Assembly: GCA_963697085.1 (NCBI GenBank)
Contig: CAVOMR010000002.1
Span: 145,913 to 209,912 of the forward strand
Length of the DNA stretch: 64,000 nt
Direction: 5' to 3'
Origin: Candidatus Dormiibacterota bacterium
GTDB taxonomy: Bacteria; Chloroflexota; Dormibacteria; Aeolococcales; Aeolococcaceae
A program made the translations under genes and the position numbers. Shown one piece after another: positions 10,422-19,340 of this stretch. The notes beneath the pieces were generated by a model. It searched no databases. It saw nothing but the letters and a program-made list of their open reading frames with translations, and was not told the origin of the DNA. Each line of letters begins with the position of its first letter. Within the stretch, counting starts at the first letter, position 1.

Positions 10422-11511
10422 CCGCACTCGACGGCGTCGAGATCGGGCTCGGGGCCATCCTCACCGCGATCACGCTGTTCGACGTGTTCCAGTCGATCGT
10501 CTTTCCACGCCCGTCGGTCGGTCGCGTGCAGCTGAGCGTCAATCTCGTCCGATTCGGGTGGCGTGGGTGGCGGGCCGTCGCGCAGCGGCCGAAGAAAGTT
10601 GCAGATACGCGAGGCGGCGCTCGCCGCCTTCGCGCCGCTGTCGGTCGTCGGGCTGCTCGTGCTGTGGGCGCTGCTGATCATCACGGGCTACGCGCTGATC
10701 TTCAGCGGGCTGCACGACGGCCTCTCGCCGCAGCCGGACTCCTTCGGCACCACCCTCTTCTTCTCCGCAGGCCGGATGCTCGCGTTTTCCGTGGGCGGCA
10801 TCGAGGCCACCGACGTCGCGACACGAATCCTGACGAGCATCGAGGCCGCGACCGGATTTGGTCTCTTTGCCCTGGTGATCAGCCTCCTGTTCTCTCTCTT
10901 CAGCTCCTTTCAACGGCGCGAGACCGCAGTCGTCGCACTCGACGCGCTCGCAGGCGCACCGGCCGACTGGTCTCCAGTTACTCGAGACGTGCGCCAAGGA
11001 TGACCTCGCGGACCATCTCGCCGTCACGTTCGATGAGTGGCGGATGTGGACGGTGGACGTGCTCGAGTCCCATCTTGCGTATCCCCTGCTCTTCTACTTT
11101 CGGTCGAGCCACGATAACGAGGCGTGGCCGAATTCCTTTGGGGCAGTGATGGACGCGGCAATCCTCGTGATCACGACGATCGAGGGTGGACCCACGGGTC
11201 ACGCGCGGCTCATGCACAAGGTGGGTTCGCATCTGGTCGCCGATATGCGCCACTACTACTACCGGGGTGTCAGCGACGAGACCCCCGGCGTGGAGCACGA
11301 CGAGTTCGTTGCGGCGTGCACTCGCCTGAGAGCCGCTGGGTACCACCTGCGCGATACGGACACCGCGTGGCAGGAGTTCAGCGCGATGCGAAGCAAGTAC
11401 GCCGCCTGGCTCAACGTGATGACCAAAGGGCTCGCCATCCCGCCGGCGCCGTGGATCGGCGACCGCTCGTACCTGCCGCACCGCGAGCGTGTGGCGAGAC
11501 GTCGAAAATAG
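10418..11511 (+). CDS. Potassium-channel-family (2TM ion channel-like) membrane protein, split by two +1 frameshifts
   Basis: Three overlapping ORFs join into one protein (DVFQSIVFPR...EAATGFGLFALVISLL...ESHLAYPLLFYFRSSHDNEAW). Extra bases near 10595 and 10961. The pore segment reads AFSVGGIE rather than TVGYGD. Confidence 0.72.
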
Positions 11512-11518
11512 TTCGACC

Positions 11519-11938
11519 TCAGATCGCGCGCATGCGATTGTTGCGCGGGTTGTGCTCGACCTCCGCAAGTCCGAGTGCCTCGAGAACCGGTGGCACGTAG
11601 TTGCCGAACCGCCCGCGCAGGCCCTTCTTGAAGCCGTACCAGCCGTGGACCGGATTGCTCGCCGAGCGGCCCCACGCCTCGACCGTCCCCGGGGCCGCGT
11701 CCTTCTGCTCGTCCGCGTTGCCGAGCGGCATCCAGTCGCCGTGCTTGACGAGCATCGTGTGCAGGTCCTCGATCGCCGAAAGGTGATAGCGCAGTTGGGT
11801 CTTCCCGACCTGCACCACGAGCGCCGGCGGGTCTGCGTCGGGGTCCCGGTAGGCTTCGAACTCGCTGCTGCCGGGAGGGGTGGTCAGCTGCCAGGGATCG
11901 GACGGGGTGCCGGTGCCGACGACGTCATCTTTGCTCAT
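11519..11938 (-). CDS. Conserved hypothetical protein (DUF6855-like)
   Basis: GTxxDPWxLxTPPGSS...GWYGxKKGLRGRFGxYVPP...EVEHNPRNNRMRA pattern recognised from memory. Confidence 0.7.
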   Translation of the reverse strand: MSKDDVVGTGTPSDPWQLTTPPGSSEFEAYRDPDADPPALVVQVGKTQLRYHLSAIEDLHTMLVKHGDWMPLGNADEQKDAAPGTVEAWGRSASNPVHGWYGFKKGLRGRFGNYVPPVLEALGLAEVEHNPRNNRMRAI

Positions 11939-11964
11939 GGACGCGCACCCTACCAGGGCTAACC

Positions 11965-11979
11965 TGACATCTTCTGTCA
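11965..11979. promoter_or_regulatory. Palindromic operator TGACA-N5-TGTCA in the DUF6855/WYL divergon
   Basis: Perfect inverted repeat in a 62-bp intergenic gap; TAGACT -10-like box at 11989-11994. Confidence 0.6.
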
Positions 11980-12000
11980 TATTCCTTTTAGACTGCCTGC

Positions 12001-12684
12001 ATGCGTGCGGCACGAGTGCTCGACATGCTGCTCGTGCTCCAGCGCCGCGGCCGGATGACGGCGCGAGAGCTCGCGGAAACCCTCGAGGTCTCCGAGCGGA
12101 CGATCCTTCGCGACGTCGAGGCGTTCAGCGAGGCGGGCGTCCCGATCATCACGACCCGCGGGGCCGGTGGTGGCATCGAGCTGCTCGACGGATTCCAGAC
12201 GCACCTCACCGGGCTCACGACCGATGAGGCGTTCTCGCTCTTCCTCGTCGGGCAGCCGCAGATCGCTCACCGGCTCGGACTCGGCGCACCCAGCCGGTCG
12301 GCGCGCAACAAGCTGCTCACCGCGATCCCGTCACGCCTCGCCGAGGAGGCGGATCGGCTCGCCACCTGGTTCCTCAACGATCCCGACCCCTGGGGCGGCA
12401 ATCGGATCCCGCATGGCGAGCTCCGGCGGCTGGCGCGATGCATCCAGCAACGCCGGCAGGTTGAGGTCACGCTCGCGGGCGAGTCTCCGGTGACCGTGAG
12501 CCCCATCGGACTCGCCATCAAGGCGGGGTCCTGGCACGTCGTCTGCGCCGCCGAGGGAGACACCGTCGAGGTGCGATGCATCGACGAGCTGCGCGCCACG
12601 CGGCTCACGAATCGTTTCTTCACGCCGCCACCCGGCTTCGTGCTCGCCGAGTTCTGGCCGAGACACGTTGCCGGGGCGCGCTGA
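12001..12684 (+). CDS. YafY-family HTH-WYL transcriptional regulator (no C-terminal WCX)
   Basis: HTH_11-type start (TARELAETLEVSERTILRDVEA...RGAGGG) and WYL-like segment (VSPIGLAIKAGSWHVV). Confidence 0.88.
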   Translation: MRAARVLDMLLVLQRRGRMTARELAETLEVSERTILRDVEAFSEAGVPIITTRGAGGGIELLDGFQTHLTGLTTDEAFSLFLVGQPQIAHRLGLGAPSRSARNKLLTAIPSRLAEEADRLATWFLNDPDPWGGNRIPHGELRRLARCIQQRRQVEVTLAGESPVTVSPIGLAIKAGSWHVVCAAEGDTVEVRCIDELRATRLTNRFFTPPPGFVLAEFWPRHVAGAR

Positions 12685-12690
12685 TCGGCC

Positions 12691-13194
12691 TCAGATGTTC
12701 AGCGGCTTGCCTTCCATCTCGTCGAGCGGGTCGCGCGTGATCTCGAGCAGCGCGCCGTCCGGATCGTGGAAGTACAACGAGTTCTCGACGCGGTCCGGAC
12801 CGAAATACTCGATGTGCAGGTCGTCGAGCTTCGCGCGGATGGTGTCGAAGTACTCGGGGTGCACCGCGATCGCGATGTGGTGCATGCCACCGATCGACTC
12901 GCGGGTTGCCGGCATCGGGTCCTCTGGAAAGTCGAAGAACGCCAGGAGATTGCCGTTGCCGATGTCGAAGAAGAAGTGCGTCGAGCTCGGGAGATCCCGG
13001 TTCTCGAACAGCTCGACGAGCGGGAACCCGAGCACCTCGGTGTAGAACTTGATGGTGCGCTCGATGTCCGAGCAGATCAGCGCGAGGTGGTGCGAGCCTC
13101 GTGCCGTTGACTCGGGTCGCTCAGACTTCGGCTTGAGGTACGTCTGCATGAGCGACTCGCGCCTGGCGTTGTAGTCGACTGCGGTATCCACCAT
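12691..13194 (-). CDS. VOC/glyoxalase family protein
   Basis: HHLALICSD...FYTEVLG, HHIAIAV, SLYFHDPDGALLEI; AGGAGG SD before ATG 13194. Confidence 0.9.
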   Translation of the reverse strand: MVDTAVDYNARRESLMQTYLKPKSERPESTARGSHHLALICSDIERTIKFYTEVLGFPLVELFENRDLPSSTHFFFDIGNGNLLAFFDFPEDPMPATRESIGGMHHIAIAVHPEYFDTIRAKLDDLHIEYFGPDRVENSLYFHDPDGALLEITRDPLDEMEGKPLNI

Positions 13195-13271
13195 GGTGAT
13201 GCCTCCTTTCTGCTCGATCTCGCCTATTGTGCGATCGCTCGCCGGCAGTCGCGCAACCCGCCCGCGACGAC

Positions 13272-13286
13272 TGTCACAAGGTGACA
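13272..13286. promoter_or_regulatory. Inverted repeat TGTCAC-aag-GTGACA between the divergent VOC and LRV genes
   Basis: Perfect 6-bp arms seen directly. Confidence 0.4.
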
Positions 13287-13365
13287 AAAGTGCCTCGACC
13301 TCCCAGGTTGCATCGCGCACAGGGGACAATCGACCGATGGAAGGGGTCAGGGTCGAGGCTCGCGG

Positions 13366-14841
13366 ATGGTGACGCAGGATCCGAGCGCCGTTCCTGCGCT
13401 CCCCGAGCAGCCTGCGAAAGAGCCCCGTCCAACCTGGCGCGCCAGGGCGATCTCCGCCGCCTCTGAAGCCGCCACCAATCCTTCGAGCAGCCTCGCCCGG
13501 CTGTGGCTGTTGTCCTTCGTGTTTGCAAACAGCCATGCGATCGATCGGGCGCTGGCGGGAAACCCGGCCACGACCGAGCGGTTGCTGCGTCGCGTCACTC
13601 ACCGTGCCCTTCGCCGGGGTCACTGGAACGTGGGTGTGATCGCCGCAGGACATCCTGCCTGCTCCGTTCGCCTGTTCCGCTGGCTGCTCTGGTCGTCGTA
13701 CCCGGCGGTCGAGGTTGCTGTTGCGACCGACCCGCGAGCGTCATCGATGCTCATGGAGCGGCTCACCGAAGGGGTGCCGGAGGCGCGGTTACGGTTGCAC
13801 ATCGCAGCAAACCCGTCCGCGCCACCCGAAGTCATCGATCGCCTCCTCGACGATCGGGATGTCTATGTCCGGCGTGTTGCCGCAGCCCACCCGGCGGCGA
13901 CTCCCGAAGGATTGCGCCGCCTGTGCGGGGACATGTCGCAGCCTGCGTGGACCCTCCGCGCAACAGCCACGAACCCGGCATGCCCGCCGGATCTTTCCGA
14001 CCAACTGCTGACGTGGCTCGCGTTGGGAGGTGCCGGATCCTCCGACCCACACTTCGATCCCATCGCGTGCACCGGCCACCCCGGCTCCACCGAGGTTCAC
14101 CCCGGAGCGTGGTACGCCAATGCCGCCCGTCAGGATCGCGCCGAGACGCATCCGCTCTGGCGGGTCCGGGCCGCGATACCGATGGCACGGCCTCGGATCC
14201 TCATCTCCGTTCTGAAGCTGCTGGCCCTCGACCCTCGAGTCGAGGTCCGACGCCAGGCCGCTCGTTTTCAGGGGCTGCCGTTCGCGGCCCTCCGCGAGCT
14301 GCGAGCCGACACGGATCCGGCCGTCGCGCGGCTGGCCGAGGGGGCGCTGAAGAACAAGCCGAAGGAGTTGCGCAAGCGTCTCCGGTGGCGGGGATCGCGG
14401 CGACGCCTCGCGATCACCCTGGTCATCGCGGTGGGTCTTGTCATCCTCGACACGCACCAGTTCTTTCTGCCGTCGCCGGTGCTGCCCGCACCCAGCATTC
14501 CCACCGTGACACTCGATGACGGCGTCCCCGTCGCAGGCACCATCGCGATGACGCGCAGCGTCCCCGGTGGCGGCGCGGTGGCCTCAGGCACGCTCAGCGG
14601 GTTCTCCGACCTCCCGAACCTGCCCTTCATCGCGGTGACCGCAGGGTCGGTCGCCCTCACGGTGACGGTTCCCGGCGCGTTCAGCACCGGCCAGGTCCCC
14701 GTCATCGAGTCCGGTCCGGTGGTGGTGCCTGCGCATCAGCGAACGGTCGTCGTCATTCCCACCGACCCCACATCGGTTAGCGTCACCCTGACCGCTTCGG
14801 ACGGGACACCGGACACGCTGTTCTTCACATTCAACGGCTGA
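13366..14841 (+). CDS. LRV/HEAT-like repeat protein with a C-terminal TM and extracellular beta domain
   Basis: Repeated 'A.NP..P..L..L..D....VR..A' units, then basic RRRL, hydrophobic TM and a Pro/Thr/Val-rich tail. Confidence 0.75.
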   Translation: MVTQDPSAVPALPEQPAKEPRPTWRARAISAASEAATNPSSSLARLWLLSFVFANSHAIDRALAGNPATTERLLRRVTHRALRRGHWNVGVIAAGHPACSVRLFRWLLWSSYPAVEVAVATDPRASSMLMERLTEGVPEARLRLHIAANPSAPPEVIDRLLDDRDVYVRRVAAAHPAATPEGLRRLCGDMSQPAWTLRATATNPACPPDLSDQLLTWLALGGAGSSDPHFDPIACTGHPGSTEVHPGAWYANAARQDRAETHPLWRVRAAIPMARPRILISVLKLLALDPRVEVRRQAARFQGLPFAALRELRADTDPAVARLAEGALKNKPKELRKRLRWRGSRRRLAITLVIAVGLVILDTHQFFLPSPVLPAPSIPTVTLDDGVPVAGTIAMTRSVPGGGAVASGTLSGFSDLPNLPFIAVTAGSVALTVTVPGAFSTGQVPVIESGPVVVPAHQRTVVVIPTDPTSVSVTLTASDGTPDTLFFTFNG

Positions 14842-14844
14842 GGT

Positions 14845-15966
14845 ATGAGTACAACCATCCGCTCTGCTCTCGGCGTGGCGGTCGGCGCCAGAGTCCCCGT
14901 CCTGCTCTGGGGTGGAGCCGGTCTGGGCAAGAGCTCAGCGGTCCGGGAGATGGCCCTGGCGGCCGGCCTCCCGTGTGAGACCGTCATCGCCAGCATTCGC
15001 GAGCCTTCGGACTTCGCCGGCCTCCCGATCGTGTCTCCGGTGGGTGACAGCGTCCACTTCGCGCCACCCGACTGGGCGCGGCGGCTCGCCGAGAGCGGCC
15101 GCGGCGTCCTGTTTCTGGATGAGATCTCCACAGCACCCCCGGCTGTGCAGGCGGCGCTGCTGCGCGTGGTGCTCGAACGGACCGTCGGCGATCTCGCACT
15201 TCCCGACGGCGTGACCGTGGTGGCGGCCGCGAACCCGCCGGAGCAGGCAGCCGACGGCTGGGACCTCTCACCGCCACTCGCCAATCGGTTCTGCCACCTT
15301 GACTGGGATCTCGATGCACGGGAATGGGCGGAGGGGATCCTCGCCGGGTTCACCACGGCCGCCGTCCCGGTGTTCGATGACGAGCAGCTCGTCGGCGAGC
15401 TGACCGCTGCGCGGGCGGCCGTCGGTGCGTTCGTGATGGCTCGTGGGCATCTCCTGCACGCACATCCCGGCAATGAGGCGATGGCCGGACGTGCCTGGCC
15501 GTCGCCGCGGTCGTGGGAGATGGCCGCACGGTTGATCGCGGCGACGGTCGTCTCCGGCGCTGCCGAAGCGGTGCGAGCCGTGCTCGTTGCCGGCGCCGTC
15601 GGGCCGGCGGCAGCCGCGGAGTTCCTCGCCTGGCGTGAGGATCTCGATCTCCCCGACCCCGAGGAGGTGCTCCGGGATCCGACGTCGTTCCGGCTCCCGG
15701 AACGCGGTGACCGGGCGTATGCCGCCCTGGCCGCGGTGACCGCGGCGGTGCTGTCGAACAACACCGCCGAACGCTGGGAAGCGGCGTGGCTGGCGATCGC
15801 AGCAGGCACCGAGAACGGGCACGCGGACATCGCGGTCGCCGCCGTCCGGTCGCTGATCGCTCACCGCCCCGACGGGGCCACGCCGCCACCCGAGGTGCTC
15901 ACGAAGATGACCCCGGTGTTGAAGACCGCCGGGCTCTTCGATGTTCTGACCCGTGACCGTCGATAG
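14845..15966 (+). CDS. MoxR/dynein-related AAA+ ATPase
   Basis: WGGAGLGKS Walker A, LFLDE Walker B, AAANP sensor, LANRF Arg finger, PSPRSWE. Confidence 0.9.
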   Translation: MSTTIRSALGVAVGARVPVLLWGGAGLGKSSAVREMALAAGLPCETVIASIREPSDFAGLPIVSPVGDSVHFAPPDWARRLAESGRGVLFLDEISTAPPAVQAALLRVVLERTVGDLALPDGVTVVAAANPPEQAADGWDLSPPLANRFCHLDWDLDAREWAEGILAGFTTAAVPVFDDEQLVGELTAARAAVGAFVMARGHLLHAHPGNEAMAGRAWPSPRSWEMAARLIAATVVSGAAEAVRAVLVAGAVGPAAAAEFLAWREDLDLPDPEEVLRDPTSFRLPERGDRAYAALAAVTAAVLSNNTAERWEAAWLAIAAGTENGHADIAVAAVRSLIAHRPDGATPPPEVLTKMTPVLKTAGLFDVLTRDRR

Positions 15967-17233
15967 ACCCGTTCAGCTCGATCTCACGAGGCTGGCTGCC
16001 GCCCGATTGCTCGCGGCGGAGTCGCATCCGTTCCTCGCGATCGCCCTCTACGCGCTCACGCCGGTCGCCGATTACTCGAGGCCGACCTTCGCCGTCGACG
16101 AGAACTGGCGGTTGTTCGTCAACCCGCAGCAGCTGATCGACTGGTCGGTTCAGGAGGTTGCCGGTGTGCTGCTGCACGAGGTTGGTCATGTGGTTCGTGA
16201 CCACGCGGGTCGCGCGAGGACGGCGATCGTCGTCGACAACTCCGCGCGCCTCCTGTGGAATCTCGCCGCTGACGCGGAGATCAACGACGATCTCCGCAAC
16301 GCGAAGGTTGTCCTGCCAAAGCCTCTGGTATTGCCGGAGACACTGAAGTCGCCGCCGGGGAAGGTGGCCGAGTTCTATTACGCGAACCTGACGGAAAACG
16401 GGCTCATGCCTGATTTTGCGGTCGCCGACTGTGGCGCCGGATGTCATGCGCATACCGACGACGTCGACGCCCAGATATCCGCGACGCTGCCCGGCGGGCT
16501 CTCGAGCAGCGAGTCGTTGCTGCTCCGGCGCCGCGTTGCCGAGGCGATCGTCATCGCCGCGGCCAAGCAACCCGGTGCGCTGCCCGGCGGCTGGGTGCGC
16601 TGGGCGGAGGCGACGCTCCGGCCGAAGCTGGACTGGCGAAAGCTCCTGAATGCGGCCATTCGATCAGCCGTGGCCGCAGTGGCCGGGGCCTCGGATTACT
16701 CGTACCAGCGCCCACCGCGCCGGCAGGTCCCGCGCGTGGTTCTGCCGTCCATGCAGCGTCCGCTGCCGAGGGTCGTCGTGATCGTGGACACATCGGGATC
16801 GGTTCGCGAGGCCGCCCTGCAACGCGCGTGGAGCGAAGTGCACGGCTGCCTTCGCACCCTCGGCGTGCGCCGTGATCTGCTGACCGTGTTCGCAGCTGAC
16901 GTGGAGGTGCGCCGGCTGACAGGGCCCCCGCGTCGACAGATGGCGCTCCTGGGTGGCGGCGGGACGAACATGGCAACTGCCATCGAGACCGCACTCCGGT
17001 CGACGGCCCGACCCGATCTTGTCGTCGTGATCACCGACGGGTTCACGCCGTGGCCCGCGCGGAAACCATCGCGTCCCGTGATCGTGGCGCTGCTCCCCGG
17101 TCATATGAGCCCCCCGGCACCGCCAGGTTGGGCACGAACCATCGACATCGACGACGGCGACGCCGATCCTGGTGAGAGCCATGTTCCGGGACAGCCCGCA
17201 GCGCCACCCAAGCGCGGGAAGCACGCGGCTTAG
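15953..17233 (+). CDS. DUF2201-type putative metallopeptidase (HExxH) plus VWA domain protein
   Basis: LLHEVGH, WNLAADAEIND, DCGAG, DTSGS MIDAS, GGGGT, VITDGFTPWP. Confidence 0.88.
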   Translation: MTVDRPVQLDLTRLAAARLLAAESHPFLAIALYALTPVADYSRPTFAVDENWRLFVNPQQLIDWSVQEVAGVLLHEVGHVVRDHAGRARTAIVVDNSARLLWNLAADAEINDDLRNAKVVLPKPLVLPETLKSPPGKVAEFYYANLTENGLMPDFAVADCGAGCHAHTDDVDAQISATLPGGLSSSESLLLRRRVAEAIVIAAAKQPGALPGGWVRWAEATLRPKLDWRKLLNAAIRSAVAAVAGASDYSYQRPPRRQVPRVVLPSMQRPLPRVVVIVDTSGSVREAALQRAWSEVHGCLRTLGVRRDLLTVFAADVEVRRLTGPPRRQMALLGGGGTNMATAIETALRSTARPDLVVVITDGFTPWPARKPSRPVIVALLPGHMSPPAPPGWARTIDIDDGDADPGESHVPGQPAAPPKRGKHAA

Positions 17234-17238
17234 CCCGA

Positions 17239-17754
17239 GTGATCCTTCCCAAGATCCGGGATCCCCGGTTCATCACCGTGCGTCGCGGCGGGACCCTCAG
17301 CGACGACGATCACCGTCTTCTCGCGATGTGGGCGGCTGACTGCGCAGAACACGTGCTGCACCACTTCGAGGAGGTGCGGCCAGTGGATGACCGCCCGCGC
17401 CGAGCCATCGAACGCGGGCGTGCGTGGGCGCGTGGCGAGATCACGTGGTGGGAGGCCCGCACGGCGGGTGGCCATGCGAATGCCGCCGCCAGAGACCTGG
17501 CTGGGGCACCGCGACATTCCGCATACGCAGCCGGCCAGGCTGCGGCGGTGGGCCACGTGGCGGCCCACGAGCTCGGAGCTGCCGCCTACGCGATCAAGGC
17601 AGTGCGGGCTGCGGCGACTCACGACGGGGCCGCGCAGGACGGACGTCTGGAGTGCCGGTGGCAGCGCGCCCAACTCCCCGATGCGATCCGCGAGCTTGTG
17701 CTCGACGACCAGCGGTTGCGCAACGAGTTGTGCTGGTTTGCGTTCGACTGCTGA
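17239..17754 (+). CDS. Imm5-like putative immunity protein
   Basis: HRLLAxWAADCAEHVL..FE...DxRPRxAI...AAGQAAAVxHVAAHELGAAAYA...ECxWQ family pattern. Confidence 0.75.
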   Translation: MILPKIRDPRFITVRRGGTLSDDDHRLLAMWAADCAEHVLHHFEEVRPVDDRPRRAIERGRAWARGEITWWEARTAGGHANAAARDLAGAPRHSAYAAGQAAAVGHVAAHELGAAAYAIKAVRAAATHDGAAQDGRLECRWQRAQLPDAIRELVLDDQRLRNELCWFAFDC

Positions 17755-17787
17755 CGCGGTTCGCTTCCCAGCTGCCGTGGCCCGTCT

Positions 17788-18645
17788 TCAGGCGTCAGCG
17801 ACGTCCATCCCGAAGCGATCGAGTGCTGCCCGAACCTCGTTGAGCCCCTCGATTCCCAATTTGCGCCCATCGGGGAGCTGGTCGTCTCGATCCCAGCGCC
17901 ACGCTGTGACCATCGCACGTACGAGGACCCGGCACTCGCGAAGCAGCTCTCGATCAACCGCCGGATAGTATTCGCCGACTGCTTCGGGTGCGTGAGCGAT
18001 GTCGAACTCGACAGGTCCTCGGCAACACGTTTCCAGGTCGATGAAGAGCAGCCCTCTCGTCGTGTTCAGCAGGTTGCCCGCGTGCGGCTCGCCATGCAGC
18101 AGCTGCTCGGGTGCTCCCCGATCGACGATCGCGCGCGTCACGTCTCGTAGCGTGTTGCTGAGCAGCGTTCGTCCCGTGTCATCAAGGTCCGCTGTGCGGG
18201 CGCGGTTGTCGACCAGCGACTGGGCTTCCGCGACTCGATCGGTGAAGTGCGGCGCCGTCAGATGTGCCTGGCGCATGCCGGTGTGGTGCCGCTCGAGCAC
18301 CTGCGCAAACTCTGCCGGCGCGATGTCTTGCGACGACACGGCCTCGTAGTAGGTCCACAGCGTGATCGCGAAGCCGTCGCGCACGTAGACGCGCGGCTCA
18401 ACCCGAGGTTCGAGCTCCTCCACCGGGCACCCAGCTTCGGCGAGCCGCCGACCCACCTCGACTTCGAACTCAGCGCTTGCCTGATGCGCTACAGGCGCCA
18501 CCCGAGCGAGAACATCGCAAGGGGTCAGGCGCACGGCGATGCGGTTCGAGTTGTGGACAACGACGCCGTCATCGACTCGAAGGCCCAGCGAGGAGGCCGT
18601 CGACCTCCCCGCTTCAAGTGCTCGTTGGACGTCTGCCGTTTCCAT
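17788..18645 (-). CDS. Aminoglycoside phosphotransferase (APH/kinase-like) family protein
   Basis: LLHGEPHAGN (Brenner motif variant) and FIDLE. Confidence 0.82.
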   Translation of the reverse strand: METADVQRALEAGRSTASSLGLRVDDGVVVHNSNRIAVRLTPCDVLARVAPVAHQASAEFEVEVGRRLAEAGCPVEELEPRVEPRVYVRDGFAITLWTYYEAVSSQDIAPAEFAQVLERHHTGMRQAHLTAPHFTDRVAEAQSLVDNRARTADLDDTGRTLLSNTLRDVTRAIVDRGAPEQLLHGEPHAGNLLNTTRGLLFIDLETCCRGPVEFDIAHAPEAVGEYYPAVDRELLRECRVLVRAMVTAWRWDRDDQLPDGRKLGIEGLNEVRAALDRFGMDVADA

Positions 18646-18699
18646 CGGTTCCCTCGATCGTCGCCGCGTGGACCTCACCCAAGTCCCAGAAATCCTGAG

Positions 18700-18830
18700 G
18701 GATCAGGGGCCGCACGGGGCGGTGCCGGAGCGGACATACGTCTGCCCGAAGACACTGAGTGGGGCCAACACGAGGGTGCCGTCGTCGACCCCAACGGCAA
18801 CCGCATTGGATCCGGCTCCCCGACGAAGCT
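18700..18830 (+). pseudogene. C-terminal remnant of a VOC/bleomycin-resistance-type gene
   Basis: Reads IRLPEDTEWGQHEGAVVDPNGNRIGSGSP, typical of a VOC C-terminus, with no start or N-terminal half. Confidence 0.55.
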
Positions 18831-18857
18831 TACCTGCCCGACTGGGTGGGTAAGCCG

Positions 18858-18905
18858 TGGGGCGGGAGACGAGGCTCCAACTCGCGACCCCGACCTTGGC
18901 AAGGT
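18858..18905 (-). repeat. Degenerate copy of the tRNA-Gly 3' half (att-like direct repeat)
   Basis: 48 bp matching 22547-22594 with 3 mismatches. Confidence 0.9.
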
Positions 18906-19340
18906 CCGATGGCGAGTTTGATAAGAAAGGTGCAGTGATGGTGCCTCCTCGTGGATTGGAGGCCCAAGTGAGCGGTGAAGAGACCGTCGCGACCAGGAGG
19001 TTCAGGCCAAGTGTGGGGATAACTCCCTCGGGTACTGGCGTGGTGAGGGTATGGACGCAGCCGTCTGCGTCGTCGACGCGCCGAACAAAGGAGGGTGCAG
19101 TCGCAGTCCACCGCAAGGCGATGGCCTCGACGCCGGCGACCTGACGGACGTTCAGGAGGGCGCTTGACTCCGGACGGACTCTCGGCCAAGCGGTGATGGC
19201 CCCGGGCATCTGCTTCAGCGGATCTCTCACCGAGACCACCGATCGCCTTGTGGGCGTCTTCTCCCCAGACGCTGGCTCGACGAGACCGAGACGGTGTGAG
19301 CGGGGGGCATAGTACCCGGCCCCCCACCTACACTCCGCGC

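Noticed and set aside
18858-18905. Possible second tRNA-Gly
   Set aside because: Only the 3' half is present, with T-loop and stem mismatches; treated as an att-like repeat.
19100-19230. Minus-strand 'ALLNVRQVA' resembling an excisionase HTH start inside the islet
   Set aside because: The similarity is only a few residues and the rest of the HTH is absent.
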